A stretch of 64,000 bases of DNA, from assembly GCA_051294905.1 (NCBI GenBank), contig CM119382.1, positions 5,580,001-5,644,000 of the forward strand, in the 5' to 3' direction. The notes below the pieces were generated by a model that worked only from the letters and a program-made list of their open reading frames with translations, searched no databases and had not been told where the DNA came from. Source of the DNA: Botryllus schlosseri. Lineage: Eukaryota. A program made the position numbers and the translations under genes. Positions 50,971-62,483 of the stretch are shown here, piece after piece. How positions within the stretch are numbered: the stretch's first letter is position 1; each line of letters opens with the position of its first letter.

Positions 50971-52362
50971 CAACAAAAGTTGCCCCACTAAAGACACTCC
51001 CAATGAATATGATGAATAGTGGTAAAGAGTGTACAGCCGGAGGGGGGTCTGGGGGGCTTCGCCCCCCAGACGTTCGGTCTATAACCAACACCAAAGTTTT
51101 TTTTGGGGGGGGGCCTGACGAAGTGCTGTTACGGCCCTGCCTATAAGCCAAGGTGGGTGTCTGATTCCATAGACTACTCCAAGTCGTTTCAACACCTTTC
51201 TATCTTTTCATTGTATCGCAGTTTTGTGGTGTTTTGAAATTATGAAAATATTGATAAACTGATACTGTTTCAAACTGATAAATAAATGACATTGCCATTG
51301 GTTACACCGGTTCCTTTGCCCTTTCACCTTCGGTATGTCTGTTCCGTAATGTATACGTAGTTTACAGTGTGCACGCTGGTTTTGCGTTGTTGGATTGCAG
51401 ACCAGTTGAGTGGCGTTGGTTGCAATGCATAATGCAGACTTGCAGATGCGAAGTACATATGTCAGGTGGAGGAGACGGTGAGCAAACAGCAAACTCATAT
51501 AGTTGAGTGGGTTTGGTCTCTACAGCGAAAGGCATCGGTGCGCATTTCCTGCTTTTACATTTTTAATTTATCGTTTATAGTCCTTCATGCCAGATTGCCA
51601 GTCATTTATTGGAGGCTTAGGGGTATCGAAACGAAACGATGTTGGGTTACTATAACCTATTAGTTAGACTACCACCTTGGCTATGAGAATGTAAAACTTA
51701 ACTGGATCAAATTGCCCGGGTATACGTGAACGCAACAGTAAGAGAATGAATTTGTTGGTATGAAATCACATGACTTCATTGCCTATACTTATAGAACTAT
51801 TTCATTTTGTCTGAAATGGAAGGCTAGAGGAGGTTTGTGGCTAATTTGATTTATGGTTTTAGAAATTGAAATTTTGGCGCTTCTTCGTTTTACAATTAAA
51901 TAGTATATTCATATTGAAATGAACCCGGATATTTTCGGCTGACACTCGTCAGGGGTAATCGTCAGCAACTAGTAGAGAATTGGAAAGAACATTGTATATC
52001 AACAATCGTATCACAAAATATGACGTCACCAGCATGAAATTTCGAATGAGAGAGCGTTCAATGTACTATTTTTAGGTGATACACGAACTCCTTTTGTTGA
52101 CAGAGTTTTGGTTGGTGTATTTTGATAAAAGTTGATTCCAAGGCACACAAATGGAATTGTGAACGGCCTCGACCTACGATTCGAAATCGGTCATCTCGAT
52201 AATTATTCGCACAAATCGGATTATCCAACAGATGTTTGCCGATGGCAGAATTAATTGCCTTTGATCGATCAGCATCAATCTTAAGTGGATGAGTTAAGGG
52301 TGAGCTTTTCACATCGCGTGACGCCCGTGTTCTGATAAATCTGGGGACATGTTGGTTTATGC

Positions 52363-53440
52363 CAGGGGTGGGCAAACTTTTGAGCTCGCGGGCCGCATTC
52401 AACATCTGAATTCATTCGCGGGCCGCACTATATAAAATTGGGATTATAACCCAAAACGTAATATTGATATATGACGTGGAGACAATATATGTGCTTATTT
52501 AAAACAAGCCAAATATTGCTTTGATGATATCGTACACGCGTCAGAAACATACTGTGGCGAGATTTCATAGGCAGGCGGACCTCAATAACCAATTTGTCAA
52601 AACTATAGAGATAAAAGGCCGTTGGCCCTATTCTTAGAATATGATTGAAATATAAATCTGTAAGCAGGGATCTGTTCATAGATTTAGTAATTCCACTTTT
52701 GGCTCAGTTCCAGGACACACAATGCTAACAGCATCATAATCATGTTAGCTTCAAACACGCTTCTACTTTGTGTAGGTAAAATAGAGATACCCCCATTCCA
52801 CGCATACAGACAACGAATGTGCTTATAACACGCCCGAATCGGTTTTTTATAAGCACTTCACTGAAATAATTAAAAATGAAGTGGGCAATCTAAAACCTCA
52901 CTGGTGATCCAAATTATGTCAATTTCGTTGCAGCTATCCCGCTGTGATATCAAGCATTTACCTTAGATCAGTGGTTCTCAAACTTTTTAAGACACGCCCC
53001 GCCCCCTTATGATGGTCAAAGATTTCACGGCCTCTTATCGTCATATCACAAAACGCAACCAGGATGGAAGCAAACCTAACGGGTAGTTTGATGGCGTGGA
53101 AGGTTACGACTGTGGATGAGAGATTTTTAAATATGTAATTCAGACTAATTACATAGCAATAACACTGAATTGGATGAAAATCGCGCGTAGCGCGAAAAAT
53201 TTTTCAGTCGAGCTCAGCTTCGCGCCCCCAAGGGGGTTGCGTCCACCAGTTTGAAAACCACTGTCTTAGAATTATCATGGTAAAATATAATAAGAAAAGT
53301 TAATCAAGTCCCTGCATTAATTCGATTTTTAGTACGCATTTTATCAAAATTTTTAAAAAGTTTATTTAGACTCTCGCGGGCCGCACAAAACGGCGTGGCG
53401 GGCCGCATGCGGCCCGCGGGCCGTAGTTTGCCCACCCCTG
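52363..53440. mobile_element. hAT-type non-autonomous element
   Basis: TIR CAGGGGTGGGCAAAC...GTTTGCCCACCCCTG; perfect 8-bp TSD GTTTATGC (52355-52362, 53441-53448). Confidence 0.92.
52969..53262. mobile_element. Second hAT-like MITE (CAGTGGTT termini) nested in 52363-53440
   Basis: Termini CAGTGGTTCTCAAAC / GTTTGAAAACCACTG; flanks ccttagat / tcttagaa (6/8 match); homologous to the element at 25910-26394. Confidence 0.7.
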
Positions 53441-53747
53441 GTTTATGCGGTCCTGCAGACGTCTTGACGTTCTTCCCACGTAGCCACAATCACAGTGGCA
53501 CCTATATTCGTACACTACATTACTTTGTTGAAGTGCAGGAAGCACGTCTTTGCGTGTTGAAGGGAGCAGTTGTGTTGTTGTAAAAATCACATTGGTTTTG
53601 ACTGTATCGTAACATTTACCGACAGCAGAAATCAATTGTTTTTCAAAGCGAGTGGAAATGGGGCCAATCCAAGGTAGATGGATATAAACATCTTTTATTG
53701 TTCGTGCGGTGGGCTCTGTTCGTTTTTCTGCGTTTTCTTCGTTTTAC

Positions 53748-54776
53748 GATCATGACAAGCCAGTGTTCCCCCATGACACCAACAAATGTTTCCCATGAAC
53801 ACGAACAAAAATTTATAAACTTTTAAATAAATTGTAAGTTTGATTTCTGCCTGTGGATATATTGATATTAGGGTTGGGTTGGGATGGGAGGGTATCAGAG
53901 CTGGAGGTGGGTTAGGGTCAATGCTGTGGTTGGAGTATCCGAAGATTGGGGTTGGGGGATATTAGGGTTGGAGAGAGGGCATGGTAGGGTTGGGGAGAGG
54001 GGTGATATTAAGGTTAGAGGAGAGGGGGATGTTATGGTTGGGGATATATCAGGGTTAGGGTCGGCGGGATATTAGGGTTAGGGGAGGTGGGATATTAGGG
54101 GTTAGGGTTAGCTTAGGGTTAGGGGAGGTGGGGTATTAGGGTTGAGGGAGAGGGTGATGTTACGGGAGGCGGGATATAGGGTTGGAGAGAGGGGGATATT
54201 AGGGTTGGAGAAGAGGGTTAGGGACACGATATCCAACCCTAACATCCCCCTCTTCCCCAACCCTAATATCACCCCCTCTCCCACACGCTAATATCCCGCC
54301 TCCCCTAACATCACCCTTTTCCTCAACCCTAATATCCCAACTCCCCTAATCCTAACCTAACCCTAATATCCCACCTCCCCTAATCCTAACCCTAATATCC
54401 CACCTCCCCTAATCCTAACCTAACCCTAATCATAGCCCTAACCTAACCCTAATATCCCACCTCCCCTAACCCTAACATTCCACCTCCCCTAACCCTAATA
54501 TCCCACCTCCCCTAACCCTAATATCCCACCTCCCCCAACCCTAATATCCCACCTCCCCCAACCCTAATATCTCCCCTCTCCTCAACCCTAATATCCCCCT
54601 CACGTAACCCTAATATCCCACCTCCCCCAACCCTAATCCGTCTCTCCCAAGGAAAAAAACAATTTATTTAGACGTTTATAAATTTTTGTTCGTGTTCATG
54701 GGAAACATTTGTTGGTGTCATGGGGGAACACTGGCTTGTCATGATCGTAAAACGAAGAAGCGCCGAAATTTTCAAT
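53748..54776. mobile_element. Foldback-like element with G-rich and C-rich TTAGGG-like minisatellite arms (outer left tip displaced to 51865-51893)
   Basis: About 85-bp near-perfect inverted repeat (cttcgttttacgatcatgacaagccagtg...tttataaac). G-rich arm 53870-54225 and C-rich arm 54235-54650 built from ~23-bp CCCTAATATCCCACCTCCCCTAA-type units. Confidence 0.8.
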
Positions 54777-55326
54777 AGGTCGAAAAGGATATTGCTCTTC
54801 GAGGGTGATCTATTTTGACAATGTCGCGAACTATCTCGTCTCTATACCAGGAAATATATCTATTTTTTCCCAGAGTGGAATTGGTGGCAAACGTCACGCG
54901 CAACTTTTTATTCAATTCTTTAATTATTCTATGGAAGAAACCCTTCTGTCACACGCAACTTATTGACGAAAACAACTACTGATTCCAGTCTGGATTTTTT
55001 CTACTTGAATAGCATCAATATCGGCAACTACTCAAGTAGAATATCGAATTCATTGATGGAGTGGTCGAGATAGATGATCATGATTCATGATGCTACTCCA
55101 GTAGATTAATGAAATATTAACTATATGGCAGAGTCGAGATTGTGGCCGACATTGATGCTACTGCAGTAGAATAGTTGAAGATGGTCTAAATAGATAGGCT
55201 ACGGTACACCCCTCTTCGAGTCTCTGAAAGGTCTAGCGACATGATTTGTAATGTCTGCTGGCTGATTTAATTCTCCGTAACTTGAATATTTCAGGTTAAG
55301 TTGTGTTTGATCCTACGCAATCAGCC

Positions 55327-57150
55327 ATGCGATCAGTGGAATTTTCGATTGTCGCCTCTGTTCCCGAGTCACATTTCGTCGGTATCGTTGGTAATCGTGT
55401 TGAACTCGGAGAATGGACATTACAGAAGGCGAAAAAGATGAGAAAAATGGGTTCAAATCGTTGGCAAACACTGATCCAGTTCGATTCCCCTGGCAATATC
55501 ATGTACCGTTACTTCGTTGGACGCAAGGTTAAGACCAGCTCTGGGAAGGAATATCTAGCGGTGAAATATTGGGAATCTGGACCCAAAAGCACAGCTCGTA
55601 TGGTGTTACATTTCGATGAGCCAAGTGTACTACACAAGGATGATCACGAATTCGGTCAAGCGACTCATGCGCAAATAGAGAACGGTTGGCTATCTGGTCA
55701 AAGCGAAGTTAGATTCACATTTAGTCAAAATGGGGAGGCACCATTGATTTCCTTGTCACAAAATATCAATTGTTTACCGATCGAATCACTGTCTTTATCT
55801 TTTTGCTTGGAGTGTGACGTCCTAAGTTCTCACGTGACACACCTGAAATTCTCCCAATCAACCGAATGCACTGTGGACAGCAAAGCATCACTACCTAAAG
55901 AAGCCGAGGTGCTAACGTACGTTATTGAAGCCTCCGATTTGACATCGTTTTCCGGCAAATTTGTCATTTACCAAGATACGAAAATAATCGGGTATGCGGC
56001 TGTCACGTCAGACATGTTGGCAGAGAGCAGTACGTCATACATCCAGCTTGCCATATTGAACGAAAGTTTCAATGTTATCGGCAGTCTTTGTATGGAATGT
56101 GTTGTGATTAATACCTACGCAAATCAGCCTTTATTGAATATGAGAGAAGGATTTTGCAGTCATTGGAAAAAACGACCTACATTACACATCGGACATAGGG
56201 GATGCGGGAATTCGTTCACAGCTGAAATTCCGTCGGACATTTACGAGAATACGATGCTGTCTTTCAAAACTGCCTCCGAGCACAGTGCAGACATGATTGA
56301 ATTTGATGTCCAACTGACGAAAGATAAAATACCAGTTGTTTTTCATGACTTCACCATCTGCACTGATGTCAATGCTAAGCAAGGATCTAAGAGTACTTTA
56401 CTGGAAGTCGAAGTTCAATCCTTGACCTACGACGAGCTGATGAATTGCAAATTAAGACATCGGGCACGTAAAAGTCCGAGTTCTGTTGATCCCGTATTCG
56501 ATGAAGATAGCGACGAGCTGTATTTGAGACCTTTTCCGACTTTTAAGGAAGTACTTGAGAAAGTACCCATTCACACAGGATTCGATATCGAGCTGAAATG
56601 GCCTGAATATAATCAGGACAAGTCATACTCGCACGGAGTGGAGAAGTTTTGCGACGCCAACGAGTTTGTAGATAAGATATTGGACGTCGTGTTTACATAT
56701 TGTGGCAGTAGAAGAATTGTGTTTTCTACGTTCGACACAAATATCTGTACTTTTCTAAAACGAAAGCAGAACCGTTTCCCTGTTCTATTTTTGATGGACG
56801 AAGGCAGCACTTTCATGGACTTGAGAAGTCGCCACAACAGTCTTGCCATTCCATTTGCGGCGTCCGAAAAGTTCGCTGGGATATGCTTCTGTGAACAGTC
56901 GGCCTTTGCGGACGATACCATCGTCAACACAGTTCACAATCAAAACCTACGTTGCTTTTTCTATGGCGATCATGTTGGCGAGGAAGATAATCGTCGAATG
57001 CTATGCCAAAGGGGGGCAGATGGAATTATCTACGACAGGATACACCAAACTTCGTCAAATGGCTGTACTAGTGACAACAACCTGAACTACGTTTCTATAA
57101 TTCACGTAATGGGTTATGTGACGGCTTGGTTGCTCTTCCGCCACCTATAA
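55327..57150 (+). CDS. GPCPD1: Glycerophosphocholine phosphodiesterase (CBM20 + GDPD; GDE5), single coding exon
   Basis: ATG at 55327, 32 nt after an acceptor (atttcag at 55294). N-terminal CBM20-like region (VGIVGNRVELGEW..YRYFV) and a GDPD domain with HIGHRGCG, YENT, IEFDVQLTKD, VFHD and DIELKWP. The last ~30 residues are uncertain. Confidence 0.88.
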   Translation: MRSVEFSIVASVPESHFVGIVGNRVELGEWTLQKAKKMRKMGSNRWQTLIQFDSPGNIMYRYFVGRKVKTSSGKEYLAVKYWESGPKSTARMVLHFDEPSVLHKDDHEFGQATHAQIENGWLSGQSEVRFTFSQNGEAPLISLSQNINCLPIESLSLSFCLECDVLSSHVTHLKFSQSTECTVDSKASLPKEAEVLTYVIEASDLTSFSGKFVIYQDTKIIGYAAVTSDMLAESSTSYIQLAILNESFNVIGSLCMECVVINTYANQPLLNMREGFCSHWKKRPTLHIGHRGCGNSFTAEIPSDIYENTMLSFKTASEHSADMIEFDVQLTKDKIPVVFHDFTICTDVNAKQGSKSTLLEVEVQSLTYDELMNCKLRHRARKSPSSVDPVFDEDSDELYLRPFPTFKEVLEKVPIHTGFDIELKWPEYNQDKSYSHGVEKFCDANEFVDKILDVVFTYCGSRRIVFSTFDTNICTFLKRKQNRFPVLFLMDEGSTFMDLRSRHNSLAIPFAASEKFAGICFCEQSAFADDTIVNTVHNQNLRCFFYGDHVGEEDNRRMLCQRGADGIIYDRIHQTSSNGCTSDNNLNYVSIIHVMGYVTAWLLFRHL

Positions 57151-58142
57151 CTTCTAGACCAGTAATATACTATTGGGTGCGGATATGTTGAAATAGTTGA
57201 ATAATGAATGATTGCCAGGCTACCTTGCCTTCTCTATACCTCTGAATTGTTCCTATTTCTTCAGATCCTTTTTATTCAGTGATCAATAAATTGCCAAATA
57301 TATACAAGTTCTAACTTCCTTGTATCCATCTTTTATTGAAGCAAGATCATAATGTGCGCTGAAACATCACATAATGATAGGAAGAGTCCCACATACACAA
57401 AACTGCTAGCAATCACCGAAGTTCACTGACATTCAAAACATACAGATACACGACTATATATCACCCGCAAAGGAACATGAACTCCCTTTTTACACGCACA
57501 AGTCAAAGCCCTTAATATTAAGGTGTTTCAAGACAATTGAATCATATGTAACGAATTCAGTTCAGCACAGAGAAACAACATAATGAATGTATCTGTCCAG
57601 GATGCAATACAAAATTTCTTTCAGATCAGCATTTTCGATCACCAAATTATTTGCAACAAGAGGAATTTGAATGACAAGTACACCTTTCATATCATATACT
57701 GAAGACAAGATAGACACAGTGCCAGCTACGTATCAGGCACTACAAGTACACTCACATCTCGACCAAGCCCCGCTTTTAGTGTGTCATTCAAGGATTTCAT
57801 CAGATTATCCCAGAGTGTCTGCCCACCCCACTCAAAGAGCAAGAGTTGTTTCTTCGCACGGCATATACCATTAAAATACAAAATAGCCAACCAGCCATAA
57901 GTCCTCTGGTGCGGTTAGCCCTTACCATTATGTTGTGAATATAGAAACGTTGCAAAACACATACTAGACAAGAATGTTGTGCAGGACTTCTTGCAACACG
58001 GCAGCAGTCACAAACAGAGTTACACACAAACGAGATATATACAAGGAGCCAGAACGCAAAAAATTTTTACTTGTATTTCCTCAAAAAATAGCAGACTTTG
58101 AAAGTATCTTTCGGGCAAAAAATAAGAGTAAAACGCAGGTTT

Positions 58143-61100
58143 TCAGATCTGGAAAGGAAATATATTCAAATGCATTAATGAGTTCCAAGGCAAAAGTTAA
58201 GTAATTGAAATACTACACAGCCAACCATCATCAGGCCCAAACGCCAATAACGGGCAACTTTCATGTACCTGCTCTCTACGATCTATAGGGGGTTGTCAAC
58301 AAGCTCATCAGCATGACAATGACGTGCTCGTGCTGACCAATGACCATCTGCCACCGTCCTGATTTAGGATTCATAGTTCAGTGTAGGATGGATATATCTG
58401 TAACTCGGGCAACACAGCAAGCAAATTTAATTTTTTTGACATTACTGCCGCAGTGCGAAAGTCTAGTGTCGCTTATCACCTATCTGAAGGACTGGTGAGT
58501 CATGGTCTGTAATTACCATCTGTTACAAAATTGAAAAATCAATTGGGCTTGGACAATACGACCTCAGTTGTAAATACATATGAATCGATAACAGTTAATG
58601 TTTGCAGAATCGAACAAGAAGACCTATTTCTTTTCTCAGAATGGACAGCTGCGCGTAAACTTATTTGGAGCCGCTCAAACCAGAATGGAATTGAAGCGGT
58701 TCATGAGACCGAAATCATATGTTAAATATTTGTGGCAAATGAAGCTAGAACCTCTTGGCCTTGGGTACTATGAGTGACACACATGCAGTTGCTAGATAAC
58801 GTCCTAAGAAAACTTACGGCATCGACATTGATTCCAGATTTTTTCGTTTCCTTATTATACGTTTGAACGGGCTCGTCTTCCTCCTCAGACTCGGACTCTT
58901 CTTCAGAGGAGGATATTACGTAATCTCGTGTTTCCTGCTGTGGCACGGCGGCGTCGCTTATGTCGTCGAACATAATTTCGCCTTCGTCCGGATTGTTGCC
59001 CATCATATCCATGTCGTTAATTTTAGCTGCGAAAAACGATCGAGAGTGAGAAGCTCTGTCAAAAGCCGACACAGATATATCACAGTGAAGACTACGTGAA
59101 ACTATTTGAAGGTACGGAACTGTTGGAAGTACAGGACAGTATACAATTGGATAATATATTCCTATTGAAAAAAGTCCGAAACTTTTTGGCAGACATTCGT
59201 GCGGGGGTAATCGTCAGCATCTGGTGCAGAATTGGATAGAACATGGTACATCAAAAAATCGTAGAGAATTGAAAACAACATTATATATCATTGTATAGAA
59301 AAAAATAGACCAAATTATATATAGGCCTAATAATCTTTTCAATTCTATACTCTAGTTTCTGTAAATAACCTTCAACATGTATGTTCTCCAGACAAAACTG
59401 AAACTAATTAGAACTCAAAGTATGATACTGGGAATTGAAAGAGAAATACCAATATTACTTCTAAAAAGCAGAAAATTTATTTCATGTCTTTTGTCCAGTT
59501 TGACAGTGGTCTGCTAAATCAGGTGCAAAGCTAAGAAAAAGTCGGAGTCCACTTTTCCAGATTACGACCCGCCATGGGCTGCTAGATTACGACATGATAG
59601 GTAAATGCTAGATTGCAAAATGGTAGTTTCAAACCGCTATCATGGACCATATTTACTGTGATGAAATATTTCATATGGGCGACAATGCGCCGTGAACGGA
59701 GCCACGCAACCTAAATTATATTCACCGATACGTTCGTTCGTCTACTGTGAGCGAAAATTTGGGCTTTACTTCTACTTGACAAACTGAAAATTGCGAAAAG
59801 TAAGTAGATCACAAAATATTACGAAGTAGTAGGAAATATATCTACTTGAGTACGTACCCAAGTAGAAAACCACTTGAGTGCTTCAAAAAAGTAGAAGTAC
59901 TTCGTTACTGACCACCTTTGAGTAAAACTAGTACCGGTGTAGACATCAGTCGTTGCAATGGATGACTTTTCTACTCTTATTGCGCCGATTCCGATCATAA
60001 TAACGGGGATGAGTAAAATTTGTAGCAATTATTACGGCCATAACATGCCAACATGATTTTAAAGCTCAGAATTCAAGCCTATGTTCTATCGAAATTGATA
60101 TGAAGACGGGTGGAAGTAAAACTCCCTGTTCAAGTAGAAGTAGTTGTAACGCACTATGTTACTGTTACTGACGACCTCTGCGTAGAACACACCGTCATCT
60201 TTAGTGTATTGAAGGCACTCTACATCACAACTGGGAATAATTCGCTTCAGAATTAAACTTCTGGAGTATATGTTAAGGTTGGACTTGTGCCAGCTGAAAA
60301 ATCACCAACCAACCTGAGTCTGGGAGTTCGCCGTACAACTTCAAATTACGGGCTTCTTCCGCGTTATACTTCATGATAACGTCAGCTTTGGCGTCTTGGT
60401 AATCGCGCAATCCGATTAATATGATGTCTGCTTGATTTATCCAAACCTAGAAGAGTGTATGTTGACTTGTCTTACCATATACTGTAGTAACCGGCCTCAA
60501 AATGTGAACTGCGAAAAGAAAACCGACCTTTTTCCTTAGCTTTCCTCGAATGTGACATAACCTCTTGACACCGTCGAAGCACATTGCTTCTAATCGTCCA
60601 TTACCAAGCATTTTAACAACCTGTACAGAATTGTAGTTGTATTAATGAGGCTTTAGGCACATGAATAATGCTTGCGTGATGGAAAACAAATAGCAGTGCC
60701 ATCTATAACAGGGATCAGCAACCTTTTTGCTCCAAGGAATGGTTTTAAAATGACTTTATTTTTTGCTGACCAATGTTCAATGTTGGATATTCGTTGCACC
60801 TCAAACAGTATAAGGTCCGTAAAGGGCGCACAGATTAAAGAGATTAACTTGGATTTTTATCAGTGATCACCATGCAATAGTGTACAACTTCTTGCCATCC
60901 GCGGACCACCAGCAGCCGACCACTGATCTAAAGCACAAAAGCTTATAACCTGCCGCACGGATAGGGCTACTTAGATGCAGATGAGGCATGATAGCAGTTT
61001 ACAATCATCATAATTAATCTCAGTTTTTCAGGCATTATGAGAGAATATAGACAACTGCCATACTGGCGTCACAAAACTGGTTTTCTGTGATTAGAATTGG

Positions 61101-62081
61101 TACTAAAATGATCAGCGTGCTTCATGATCCAAACATACTGACCCCACAATAGTTTCATTTAAACGGACATTACACATTGAAAACATGCACTAAGAGGACT
61201 GTGACATGCCATCCATCACCTGTGCATATTCCTGGCCGTCTTCTTTGAAAATGAGTTCTCTCTTTTCTCTGTCATTTTCGTTTTTACCTCTTCTTCTGTT
61301 TTTACCTCCCTTTCCTGTATGAGTTAGTGGGTAAAAAACAAATGAATGAACCACCGATTGCACATCGCATTCCACAGGAATACACAACAAAGTGCAAGAC
61401 CAGCACCAGGTCACGCAACAATTAGAACTGACTCTGCTTCAGTGCAATCGGCACTAAAGCTCGGCATAATCGAGTACCTTTGTGATTTGATTCCGAGTCA
61501 AATATTGAGCTTCAAATAGAGTCATATGACATCGTAACAGTAATAATGAATTAGAAGTTCAGACATCTATCCGTTTAGGTGGCCAGAAGGAAAGGAAAAT
61601 AACGCAAGTTGCACAATGCACATACACACCAATCTTGAAAAATAATTTCCTATTTCTTGACTAAAACTACTTCATAGCAGTTTGTGACCATTTCGAGGGC
61701 CGGTTGTTACTAGACAGAAATGAACTTACATATTCATAGCCTTGTGCCGGGTTAAGACCAACCGAGGGTTCCAACAGTGGCAACAAAGTATTGAAACAAA
61801 ATTCTTCGCTGATAAATTAGTACTCTTGGTACTCACTTTGACACTTGCAGTTGTGAAACAAAAAGGCCAACTTTCACTCATCAAAAATTAAACACAATCA
61901 TGCGACACTACCATTTAACGGAGATGCAGTTAATGCAACTGTGACTATTGACTTCGTGTCAACAGCTCAAATTACTCCATTAAATTCGAAATTACGAGAC
62001 CACCTCGACTGCTTGACCCCTTAGATACAAATCTGGATTACGACACATCAAAACATCAAACTCACCCTTATTTTTCGGCAT
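58143..62081 (-). CDS. EIF1A: Eukaryotic translation initiation factor 1A
   Basis: Exons 62081-62066 (MPKNK), 61314-61220, 60620-60528, 60446-60314, 59026-58818 and 58148-58143 (ATC TGA) join in frame (552 nt, 183 aa). Motifs [52 protein letters not shown] and YGELP. Confidence 0.93.
59165..59300 (-). mobile_element. Degraded PLE terminal-repeat remnant in an eIF1A intron
   Basis: Reverse complement reads gctgacgattacccccgcacgaatgtctgccaaaaagtttcgg. Confidence 0.6.
59760..59960. repeat. Dispersed CTACTT/AAGTAG-rich repeat (probable decayed MITE)
   Basis: Recurrent tacttctacttgagta motifs, also at ~225-310, ~14355-14440, ~17880-17970 and ~39420-39710; termini not resolved. Confidence 0.5.
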
Positions 62082-62483
62082 TTTCTTTCAACTTTTCGCT
62101 ACAATAATGCAAGTTACACAAAGTTATCTGCCAAAAAGAGAGTTGCAAAATTTACGACACAGACAAAAACTGTTTAGAAAGGTCACGAGTTGGAAAACGT
62201 AATTCCGGCAGTGGCACTACGGCAGTAAAGTATTCCAATACCAAAGCATGCCAAGGCTAGGTCACTCGTTGCCCTATTACATAAAAGCATGCCGGTTTTC
62301 AGCCGCTAAATCACGGACGCGGTAAATCTATTGCAAAAGACAAATCCAACGTTCAACTCCATCCCACCATCGACGCACCCAATTGATAAATATTCACAAC
62401 GGCTAAGGATCAGACAGTCCAGATTCCAAGAGTATCAAAATTGCGTATTGTGAAATACTGGCTAAGCAGTATTAAGCTCTCGA

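Larger units (their letters stand above)
51894..53734 (-). mobile_element. 5'-truncated Penelope-like retroelement (GIY-YIG endonuclease region plus terminal repeat), interrupted by a hAT MITE
   Basis: Removing 52363-53440 and one TSD copy restores a stop-free frame of ~195 codons: VYIHLPWIGPISTRFEKQL..NVVYEYRCHCDCGYVGRT..LQDRINQHVP..SAIGKHLLDNP..LESTFIKIHQPKLCQQK. Flanked by a 13-bp duplication TTCTTCGTTTTAC (51881-51893, 53735-53747). Confidence 0.88.

Noticed and set aside
53870-54650. True telomere or chromosome-fusion scar
   Set aside because: Units are degenerate 23-mers enclosed by unique inverted termini, and a second such element exists nearby, which favours a transposon.
55028-55169. 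CRISPR-like repeat-spacer appearance
   Set aside because: Eukaryotic context, 12-bp repeats, partly homologous spacers and no cas genes.
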